Origin: Paraphysomonas bandaiensis
Lineage: Eukaryota; Protista; Chrysophyceae
Assembly: GCA_965644295.1 (NCBI GenBank)
Contig: CBFFRP010000589.1
Coordinates: 1-31,864, forward strand
Direction: 5' to 3'
DNA length: 31,864 nucleotides
The notes beneath the pieces are model-generated. The model worked only from the letters and a program-made list of their open reading frames with translations. It searched no databases and had not been told where the DNA came from. Of this stretch, positions 16,568-27,300 are shown piece after piece. Position 1 is the first letter of the stretch; every line of letters begins with the position of its first letter. The position numbers and the translations under genes were made by a program.

Positions 16568-16795
16568 AGTCGGAGTATGAGCTCCGTCGCTCCTCTTCAT
16601 TCCATATCGTACTGTGTACTTATGTACTTATGTACTTGTACATAGGTACGATGCTGTCAGGTACACATACGATGGTGTCACTTCACGTACGATGGTTGAA
16701 GTTTTGTCTAGGTTGTTCTTTTCATATCTCACATAATTATAATACATATAATTAAGTTCGATTGCTTTCTCTTGCCTTCACATCATCTGCTTACT
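16568..16795 (+). repeat. Putative 5' LTR of the Copia element (~228 bp, AGT...ACT)
   Basis: Lies between the abrupt composition change at ~16568 and the PBS. No partner LTR in the window, so the boundaries are inferred. Confidence 0.45.
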
Positions 16796-16805
16796 TGGTA
16801 GCGGA
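16796..16805 (+). other. Primer-binding site, initiator tRNA-Met type
   Basis: TGGTAGCGGA (cf. yeast Ty1 PBS TGGTAGCGCC), ~30 nt upstream of the gag ATG at 16834. Confidence 0.6.
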
Positions 16806-16833
16806 TTCTTCACGTTCTACTTGTCTTTCACCG

Positions 16834-18545
16834 ATGCCTCTTCCACCTGCTAGTACTGCAATTCATGAGTTATCTGTCGCTGACTGTGACAGACTCTCTA
16901 CATACCTCGAGAATCTCTCCTTGATGGTCCAGAATTGGACGGTTCCCCAATACCCCGCTTCTATCAGTGACTTCCCTCACTTTGAACATCGTTTTAAGGA
17001 GTACCTTCGTCAGGCCAAGCTTCTTGATATTCTTACCCAGTCTTCTGTCAGGGTACCAGCGGCCCCAGATGACGCTTCAGAGGAGACCAAACTATTGATC
17101 ACTTGGCGACAAGCAATGTACGACGAAAAGAACAGTCTCGTCTACGCTTCTCTTCAGAAAGCCTTCATGGACAACGCTTCGGGTATTGCTCATATCGGAG
17201 ATGTCCAACCTGGGGATGGTTACACTGCTTGGCGTAATCTCATTGCTCATGTGGATCGTGCGAAGTCTTCTGGTGAGCATGCTGCAGACAGGAAAGCCTT
17301 CTACCATGATGCTCAGCGCTCCGATGAGGACATTGCAACCTTTGCTACACGACTCCGTACGACAGCCTTCAAGCAAGGTCTTGGTGAGGCTGATATGATT
17401 CATCAGCTATATTCTGGTTTTCGTGATCCGACAAGGGATCAGCGCGTCAAGAGTATCGTACAAGCACTGAAGGATGGCTTATCTTTTGATGCTCTCCTGG
17501 CTAAAATTGAGAGGATTCTAGCCGACCAGCCTTCCGTTGCCTTGGTTGATCCTAAAGTGCCACGGAAGAGTTACTGCAAATACTGTCATAAACATGTTGT
17601 TCATAAGCCGTCTGACTGTTATCGTAACCCTTCTAATCAGGATTCCTCTGCTGCCTCGAAACGTCAGAAATATCATCATGGTCCTCATTGCATTCTTTGT
17701 GGAAATCGTGGTCATTTTGCTCCACAATGTGCTCTCAAAGTTGCCGGTCAGCAGATTCCTCAAAATCCAGATGGTCGTCATGCCCAACCACAGCGCGCAG
17801 CCGGACATCAAGCCCCACCTCTTCCCAATAACCAAGGAGCTTTCAGGTCACCCCGTCGAGGTCCAGGTCGTCCTCCCAAACGTGGTGGTCGTAGTGGTCG
17901 TGGTCGTGGTGCAGGCCGTGGTGATACACGCTCGCGTCATGTTGCATTCGTCGATGACCCAGATACAATTCATACTTATGATCCAGAGTTTGATGGCTAT
18001 ACTCCAGATGATTCTATTTCCTCTACTATGCTTGCTAATGATTCTGATATTGATGCACATTACACTGCCATGATTACTTCTAATTCGTATGATGCTTATT
18101 ACACAGTATATGACATGTCATTCTCTACAACACCTGATACTACTCCTACACAACCTGATTTCATTGAAGTACATTTGGATAGTGCATGTTTTGATCATCT
18201 CACCAATTGCAAACATGTTTTGTCCTCATATACTCCCAATACAGATCATTATCTATATGTTGCAGATAAGCATCGACTCAGGGCTACTGGTGCTGGGAAC
18301 ATGTCCTTCTTCGGCAACGTCTCCTATTATCCAGAGCTCGGTAAAACTCTGTTGTCAGAAGGCCTTATGTTGGAGCAGGGTTGGCGTTTCAACTATTTGG
18401 ACAACGGCGACAAACTTGCCCTTTATACTCGTGATACAACTGTTCCTAATATTTTATTTAAATATAGGTATCGTTATTGGATAGCGCACTTACCGCTAAA
18501 TGTATCACCTGTGTCCTTTTCTGTGTCCAAAGATTCTGTGGCTAA
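16834..18545 (+). pseudogene. Copia Gag-protease (5' part of the interrupted polyprotein)
   Basis: GDGYTAWRNL Gag motif; knuckles CKYCHKHVVHKPSDC and CILCGNRGHFAPQC; RG-rich tract; protease VHLDSACFDHLT...ATGAGNM...YYPELGKTLLS. Confidence 0.85.
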
Positions 18546-18809
18546 AAGCAAACTTTTTTCAAACTTGGGAAAAATTTCTAAATTTGGGACTTTTTAAAAA
18601 TTTCATCATGAAAACCTCATGTTTATTGTTGATATAATTTAGACAGAGGTAATGAAGAATATTAATGTTGTATAATGATGACGATTCCAAGAAACCTTGT
18701 TTTTACATTTGGTCTTAACCACACTCATTAACCACAGTCAGTAACCACACTTATAAGAAGTAATATATATATTTACGTCCAAATCAATTAAATTTATTGT
18801 ATTACTCTA

Positions 18810-19145
18810 CTAAATAGTACTATCAGAGAGTGTGCTTGCATACACATACAAATCGTTTGCTAGAGTTTGACAATAACCAAAGTACTCAAAATCTTCGGAA
18901 TCGACATTCATTATATGACGATATGCGTTGACAGTGTTTTCTATTATACAACCAAACATAAACAAATAAATTATGCTCTCCCGCCTCACCCAAACGCCCA
19001 TTGCCACCATCCCTGTGTGGTCATACCCTCTGTTTGATTTGCTTGTTGTATTTGTCATAGGCATAAAACAGCTTGTAATATAGTCATCACGCACAGGAAT
19101 ACATATATGATGTCGAGGCCTTGGTTGTCCGCCTCGTATACGCAT
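18810..19145 (-). pseudogene. Possible C-terminal remnant of a DDE transposase
   Basis: W...IIYLFMFGCIIENTVNAYRH...YCQTLANDL resembles the C-terminal helices of piggyBac-like transposases; no catalytic core present. Confidence 0.3.
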
Positions 19146-19312
19146 TACTTAATACTGTATGTTGCTTCCCATCTTTCCTATGAGCGTGCACAACTATTTG
19201 CTTCTTTCTTTTGTTCTATACCCATTCCATTTTCCCCACATATCTACTCCGTGCTGCACCAATCGTGTCAACAACGCAGGAATTGCTTCGGATTAATAAT
19301 CCCTCTACGAAT

Positions 19313-19966
19313 ATGGCCCAAAATGGAGGAATTGCTTGGGTAATGGTAGAAAAAGAGACTGGTTTTGATAAGGTAGTATAATATATATTATTATGTTGTT
19401 TCAAAGTTACATTTTAAATGTTACTTACTAGCTATGGTTTATAGGCTCAGTGTCAATACCAATGGAAGAAGATGTCAAAAGACGATGAAGGTAAGAAGAA
19501 CTGCGTGCCTTTCAAAGAGAAGCAGCCTATTGTTGAAGATTTGGTGTCCGATGTAGTAGAGGAGGAGTGGAAAGTGGGAAGGGAGAATGTTCGCAATGTT
19601 CGCAGTGAGATACTGGATCAGCAGGAGAAGACGATTTTATCGTTGACGGAAATGGTGAGGCATCAACAGGAACAAATTGATGCCCTCATTGCCAAAGAAC
19701 GAGTTCGCCCTGCCGATACTTCTAAGCCGAACTGCTCGCGAAAGAGGAGCGTTCATGATGATGAAGATTCAATAACTTCCGAAGCCGACGAGGAGGACTA
19801 GAGAAGTAAGAAGAATAAATCAAGACGACGAAAGAGGAGAACGAAGGGATTGAAGAAATTTGTTGATGAAGGTACTCTTGTTATGCTTGCTCAACAAAAT
19901 TCAGTAATTGATGATAACTGCAAAATGAAAAAAGAAATTAACCGTTTGCGTTTCTTGCAATCATAA
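19313..19966 (+). pseudogene. Spliced Myb/SANT-like plus coiled-coil gene with an internal TAG
   Basis: A GT..AG intron at 19373-19444 joins MAQNGGIAWVMVEKETGFDK to AQCQYQWKKMSKDD... in frame. The frame continues past TAG (19799-19801) as RSKKNKSRRRKRR...INRLRFLQS*. Confidence 0.5.
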
Positions 19967-20189
19967 GTTTAATGAGTATTGTCTATTGTATTTTGCATGC
20001 AACAATAACAATAAAGTAATAAACTGGTTAAGAACCTAAAAACAGCTTGATAATATTACCTTACTTTTATCAACATCCAAGCTATTGTATATCCTTTTTT
20101 CATCTTAAAATATGTATAGTCAACTAGAAATCATTAATGAAAATATTTGGGAAAAATTTTTTCCCAAGTTTGAAAATAGTTTGCTTTAA

Positions 20190-20943
20190 GAATGTGTCTC
20201 ATTTGTCGTTGTCAATTATGCGTCCAACAGTTATTGAGTCGTTGTGTGATGGTGCAGATACAGATGGATTTGACTCTGGCGGTGATGTAGTCTTGTCCGA
20301 CAACCGTTTTCAGTTTGCCTCTTTTCAACATGTTTGTGATTTTGTGTATACGGACGGTTTTCAGTTTTCACAGTTGTCTGACCCGTATTTTCAGCACATG
20401 TCGACGTACGTAAATGTTGGTTTCCCTTTGGTACAGTCAATTGACCCTTCTATACATAAATGCATTAAGGCCTATTACAACAGCTGTCATGCTGTATACG
20501 CCCATTCTCATTATAGTGAGGCGAATTATTCAAATGATACAGCCCCCTCATTGGCAAGGCAGGCATATCAGTCTTATTTAAATGGTACAGCCCCCTCATT
20601 GGCAAGGCAGGCGTATCAATGTACAGCCCCCAATAAAAGGCAGGCTTCTTATTCTATTATTGCCCCCTCTACAAAAAGGCAGGCAACAATCGCCCCTTCT
20701 TCTAACAGGCAGGCGTCTTCTTCAACGCGTCGCGCGCGTAATGTGTACACAAATATTGTTGTCGATCGTAATTCTTGTCAAGATCAGACTCAATTATTGT
20801 CTAAAGCGATGTATGCTTTCTTAGTTCTTCATATTAAACTTGGTCACCTCTCGTACAACACATTGTACAGTGCACTTCGGGCAGGACATCTTCTCGGTTT
20901 TCCTTATCATTGGAAGAGTATTGATGTCACGCAACTCCCGCAT
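20190..20943 (+). pseudogene. Copia polyprotein continuation: repeat-containing linker and GAG-pre-integrase domain
   Basis: LHIKLGHLSYNTL (cf. WHxRLGH); the expected CxxC and rve core are missing after ...TQLPH. Confidence 0.75.
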
Positions 20944-21346
20944 ATGCACAAACCAGACTTGCGGGTTTGCTCCCAACAAAATATATAATAAGGTGTGAGT
21001 AAACGCTTATTATTACTGTTAAATCACCCAACACGGTCAACGATATCCGCTAGATAACGCCGCGCAGTATTCCCTCTAAGAATAAAGATCGCTGTTAAGA
21101 CAGTGTCAAGTAACTTAAAACAATGACATGCAAGGAATAACATATAGAATGGTACGCATCTACAGAATGAACCAAGTTCATTTTATATCACACACACCAC
21201 ACCGCATGCATTCTTGCATACACCGTGTATACCACACGTATTATGACAATAAAACAAAACTGAATAACAGCGTATGAAACTGAATAACTGCGCATAAAAC
21301 TGAAACTACGCATAAAACTGAAATAAAACCATTGTGATAAAACTGA

Positions 21347-24300
21347 AAAACTCGTACTTTTATGCTACTCAGCCGTTACAAAATATGGCTGTGTGCTATT
21401 GTGATAACATGTTTTTTGATGTTTCGTTTATGGTTCATATGAAAATCCACGTACAATTCGACTGTTGTTTCTGTATAGGGGAAATATGCTACTTTTAAAT
21501 CACTGTAGGATTGTATAGGAGCAATACATATAGGATTGTACAGTATAGCAGTAGTGTATGGGATTGTACAGTGCAGGATGAACCATATGTATATATATAT
21601 AGAATCTAGCTGTTATAGAACCATATCTATATATGAATACGATATACGTCATCCTGTCATTTAACCTCACAGTGAAGTAAGTAGAATACGATACAGTGCC
21701 ATGTGGTCATTTGAGGTCACAATGAAGTAAGTATAGTACGATGCAGTGTGCTGTGTATTATTGATGGCAATATATATCCAGCAATATATAAGAGGAGCCT
21801 CTGATACATAGTCCGTATGATCCTGAGGCATGAGTGTATAACTAGAGTGAAGAGCATTGTGTTTACGCTGAGAGTGTAAGGTGTGTATGTGTGTGTTGTG
21901 TTGCTTTATTATTGATTGATGAGGTGTGAATGATGGTATGATGTCCCCATAGTGAGATGGTCATATGTGGAGGTGCTAACTGTAGTTTACAGTACGGAAC
22001 TACTGCAGCATCCCTGAACATATATTATATATATGATATACCATTCATCCTGTCATTTGAGGTCACAATGAAGTAAGTATAGTACGATGCAGTGTGCTGT
22101 GTATTATTAATGGCATTATATATCCAGCAATATATAAGAGGAGTCTCTGATACATAGTCCGTATGATCCTGAGGCATGAGTGTATAACTAGAGTGAAGAG
22201 CATTGTGTTTACGCTGAGAGTGTAAGGTGTGTATGTGTGTATTGTGTTGCTTTATTATTGATTGATGAGGTGTGAATGATGGTATGATGTCCCCATTGTG
22301 AGATGGTCATATGTGGAGGTGCTAACTGTAGCTTACAGTACGGAACTACTGCAGCATCCCTGAACATATATTATATATATGATATACCATTCATCCTGTC
22401 ATTTGAGGTCACAATGAAGTAAGTATAGTACGATGCAGTGTGCTGTGTATTATTAATGGCATTATATATCCAGCAATATATAAGAGGAGTCTCTGATACA
22501 TAGTCCGTATGATCCTGAGGCATGAGTGTATAACTAGAGTGAAGAGCATTGTGTTTACGCTGAGAGTGTAAGGTGTGTATGTGTGTATTGTGTTGCTTTA
22601 TTATTGATTGATGAGGTGTGAATGATGGTATGATGTCCCCATAGTGAGATGGTCATATGTGGAGGTGCTAACTGTAGCTTACAGTACGGAACTACTGCAG
22701 CATCCCTGAACATATATTATATATATGATATACCGTTACTTTATTTGCAGCAGGGTTGTGAGTGTCAACTACAGCAGGATCATCAAGGTTCTCCACTGGG
22801 TCTTGCCCACCGTGTTTCCGCTTCTTTGGTAATGTGGTGTCTACAGAAATTTTTGCGAACAAGAGTTTAGCTGTTTGTACTGCCATTGGAAGTTTCAGTT
22901 TGAGAACATCTTTGGCTAGTCCAGTATGTTTCCTTGCCACTCCAGTCTCATCGACATCAAGAGCCACTTCACGTAACCCCTCAATGTCATTGATGAGTCT
23001 GGTCATAGTTCGGCAGCGGCTCAAATAGTCTCTCATTGAAGAATTTAGAATATTTCGTTCCTGCTGACCTTGCACTACCAAGCACAAGTCTTCCATCACG
23101 ATGATAGTAATTCAATTGAAATGTGAAATAGCTCAAATTGCTTAATACTGATACTGTGTTAACCGCTATAGTTATGGACACTTTTAGACATCAAGCTATG
23201 GCGATAACAGCACTAGCCTATAAATACACTGTACTACACAATACTGAGCTGTATAATACGGTACTGAACTGTATAATAGAATACTGATCTGTATAATAGA
23301 ATAATGTAGATTGTGGTTTACAATTAGCACGATTTCGACCGTTTACTAAAACTCGTACTTTTATGCTACTCAGCCGTTACAAAATATGGCTGTGTGCTAT
23401 TGTGATAACATGTTTTTTGATGTTTCGTTTATGGTTCATATGAAAATCCACGTACAATTCGACTGTTGTTTCTGTATAGGGGAAATATGCTACTTTTAAA
23501 TCACTGTAGGATTGTATAGGAGCAATACATATAGGATTGTACAGTATAGCAGTAGTGTATGGGATTGTACAGTGCAGGATGAACCATATGTATATATATA
23601 TAGAATCTAGCTGTTATAGAACCATATCTATATATGAATACGATATACGTCATCCTGTCATTTAACCTCACAGTGAAGTAAGTAGAATACGATACAGTGC
23701 CATGTGGTCATTTGAGGTCACAATGAAGTAAGTATAGTACGATGCAGTGTGCTGTGTATTATTGATGGCAATATATATCCAGCAATATATAAGAGGAGCC
23801 TCTGATACATAGTCCGTATGATCCTGAGGCATGAGTGTATAACTAGAGTGAAGAGCATTGTGTTTACGCTGAGAGTGTAAGGTGTGTATGTGTGTGTTGT
23901 GTTGCTTTATTATTGATTGATGAGGTGTGAATGATGGTATGATGTCCCCATAGTGAGATGATCATATGTGGAGGTGCTAACTGTAGTTTACAGTACGGAA
24001 CTACTGCAGCATCCCTGAACATATATTATATATATGATATACCATTCATCCTGTCATTTGAGGTCACAATGAAGTAAGTATAGTACGATGCAGTGTGCTG
24101 TGTATTATTAATGGCATTATATATCCAGCAATATATAAGAGGAGTCTCTGATACATAGTCCGTATGATCCTGAGGCATGAGTGTATAACTAGAGTGAAGA
24201 GCATTGTGTTTACGCTGAGAGTGTAAGGTGTGTATGTGTGTATTGTGTTGCTTTATTATTGATTGATGAGGTGTGAATGATGGTATGATGTCCCCATAGT

Positions 24301-27300
24301 GAGATGGTCATATGTGGAGGTGCTAACTGTAGCTTACAGTACGGAACTACTGCAGCATCCCTGAACATATATTATATATATGATATACCGTTACTTTATT
24401 TGCAGCAGGGTTGTGAGTGTCAACTACAGCAGGATCATCAAGGTTCTCCACTGGGTCTTGCCCACCGTGTTTCCGCTTCTTTGGTAATGTGGTGTCTACA
24501 GAAATTTTTGCGAACAAGAGTTTAGCTGTTTGTACTGCCATTGGAAGTTTCAGTTTGAGAACATCTTTGGCTAGTCCAGTATGTTTCCTTGCCACTCCAG
24601 TCTCATCGACATCAAGAGCCACTTCACGTAACCCCTCAATGTCATTGATGAGTCTGGTCATAGTTCGGCAGCGGCTCAAATAGTCTCTCATTGAAGAATT
24701 TAGAATATTTCGTTCCTGCTGACCTTGCACTACCAAGCACAAGTCTTCCATCACGATGATAGTAATTCAATTGAAATGTGAAATAGCTCAAATTGCTTAA
24801 TACTGATACTGTGTTAACCGCTATAGTTATGGACACTTTTAGACATCAAGCTATGGCGATAACAGCACTAGCCTATAAATACACTGTACTACACAATACT
24901 GAGCTGTATAATACGGTACTGAACTGTATAATAGAATACTGATCTGTATAATAGAATAATGTAGATTGTGGTTTACAATTAGCACGATTTCGACCGTTTA
25001 CTAAAACTCGTACTTTTATGCTACTCAGCCGTTACAAAATATGGCTGTGTGCTATTGTGATAACATGTTTTTTGATGTTTCGTTTATGGTTCATATGAAA
25101 ATCCACGTACAATTCGACTGTTGTTTCTGTATAGGGGAAATATGCTACTTTTAAATCACTGTAGGATTGTATAGGAGCAATACATATAGGATTGTACAGT
25201 ATAGCAGTAGTGTATGGGATTGTACAGTGCAGGATGAACCATATGTATATATATATAGAATCTAGCTGTTATAGAACCATATCTATATATGAATACGATA
25301 TACGTCATCCTGTCATTTAACCTCACAGTGAAGTAAGTAGAATACGATACAGTGCCATGTGGTCATTTGAGGTCACAATGAAGTAAGTATAGTACGATGC
25401 AGTGTGCTGTGTATTATTGATGGCAATATATATCCAGCAATATATAAGAGGAGCCTCTGATACATAGTCCGTATGATCCTGAGGCATGAGTGTATAACTA
25501 GAGTGAAGAGCATTGTGTTTACGCTGAGAGTGTAAGGTGTGTATGTGTGTGTTGTGTTGCTTTATTATTGATTGATGAGGTGTGAATGATGGTATGATGT
25601 CCCCATAGTGAGATGATCATATGTGGAGGTGCTAACTGTAGTTTACAGTACGGAACTACTGCAGCATCCCTGAACATATATTATATATATGATATACCAT
25701 TCATCCTGTCATTTGAGGTCACAATGAAGTAAGTATAGTACGATGCAGTGTGCTGTGTATTATTAATGGCATTATATATCCAGCAATATATAAGAGGAGT
25801 CTCTGATACATAGTCCGTATGATCCTGAGGCATGAGTGTATAACTAGAGTGAAGAGCATTGTGTTTACGCTGAGAGTGTAAGGTGTGTATGTGTGTATTG
25901 TGTTGCTTTATTATTGATTGATGAGGTGTGAATGATGGTATGATGTCCCCATAGTGAGATGGTCATATGTGGAGGTGCTAACTGTAGCTTACAGTACGGA
26001 ACTACTGCAGCATCCCTGAACATATATTATATATATGATATACCATTCATCCTGTCATTTGAGGTCACAATGAAGTAAGTATAGTACGATGCAGTGTGCT
26101 GTGTATTATTAATGGCATTATATATCCAGCAATATATAAGAGGAGTCTCTGATACATAGTCCGTATGATCCTGAGGCATGAGTGTATAACTAGAGTGAAG
26201 AGCATTGTGTTTACGCTGAGAGTGTAAGGTGTGTATGTGTGTATTGTGTTGCTTTATTATTGATTGATGAGGTGTGAATGATGGTATGATGTCCCCATAG
26301 TGAGATGGTCATATGTGGAGGTGCTAACTGTAGCTTACAGTACGGAACTACTGCAGCATCCCTGAACATATATTATATATATGATATACCGTTACTTTAT
26401 TTGCAGCAGGGTTGTGAGTGTCAACTACAGCAGGATCATCAAGGTTCTCCACTGGGTCTTGCCCACCGTGTTTCCGCTTCTTTGGTAATGTGGTGTCTAC
26501 AGAAATTTTTGCGAACAAGAGTTTAGCTGTTTGTACTGCCATTGGAAGTTTCAGTTTGAGAACATCTTTGGCTAGTCCAGTATGTTTCCTTGCCACTCCA
26601 GTCTCATCGACATCAAGAGCCACTTCACGTAACCCCTCAATGTCATTGATGAGTCTGGTCATAGTTCGGCAGCGGCTCAAATAGTCTCTCATTGAAGAAT
26701 TTAGAATATTTCGTTCCTGCTGACCTTGCACTACCAAGCACAAGTCTTCCATCACGATGATAGTAATTCAATTGAAATGTGAAATAGCTCAAATTGCTTA
26801 ATACTGATACTGTGTTAACCGCTATAGTTATGGACACTTTTAGACATCAAGCTATGGCGATAACAGCACTAGCCTATAAATACACTGTACTACACAATAC
26901 TGAGCTGTATAATACGGTACTGAACTGTATAATAGAATACTGATCTGTATAATAGAATAATGTAGATTGTGGTTTACAATTAGCACGATTTCGACCGTTT
27001 ACTAAAACTCGTACTTTTATGCTACTCAGCCGTTACAAAATATGGCTGTGTGCTATTGTGATAACATGTTTTTTGATGTTTCGTTTATGGTTCATATGAA
27101 AATCCACGTACAATTCGACTGTTGTTTCTGTATAGGGGAAATATGCTACTTTTAAATCACTGTAGGATTGTATAGGAGCAATACATATAGGATTGTACAG
27201 TATAGCAGTAGTGTATGGGATTGTACAGTGCAGGATGAACCATATGTATATATATATAGAATCTAGCTGTTATAGAACCATATCTATATATGAATACGAT

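Larger units (their letters stand above)
18546..20186. mobile_element. Non-autonomous TIR DNA transposon (1641 bp), 3-bp TAA TSD (PIF/Harbinger-like target; superfamily uncertain)
   Basis: 29-bp TIRs AAGCAAACT(T/A)TTTTCAAACTTGGGAAAAA with one mismatch; TAA at 18543-18545 and 20187-20189. Removal restores the Copia frame (..KDSVAKNVSHLS..). Confidence 0.85.
16568..20943 (+). mobile_element. Ty1/Copia-type LTR retrotransposon, 5' part; interrupted by a TIR element and truncated before the integrase core
   Basis: Putative LTR, iMet-type PBS, Gag with zinc knuckles, Copia-type protease and GAG-pre-integrase motif in order. Confidence 0.8.

Noticed and set aside
15171-18484. Antisense or alternate-frame ORFs over the large viral gene and Copia gag (15171-15500, 16233-16580, 17092-17403, 17537-18073, 18089-18484)
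   Set aside because: Compositional mirror images of the real coding frames.
18537-20196. TGTG or TTAA as TSD of the TIR element
   Set aside because: TGTG leaves asymmetric ends. TTAA is absent on the left and that junction breaks the Copia frame. TAA gives symmetric TIRs and restores the frame.
20944-21346. Helitron terminus explaining the tandem array
   Set aside because: No convincing 5' TC or 3' hairpin-CTRR signature at the junction, and no Rep/helicase sequence.
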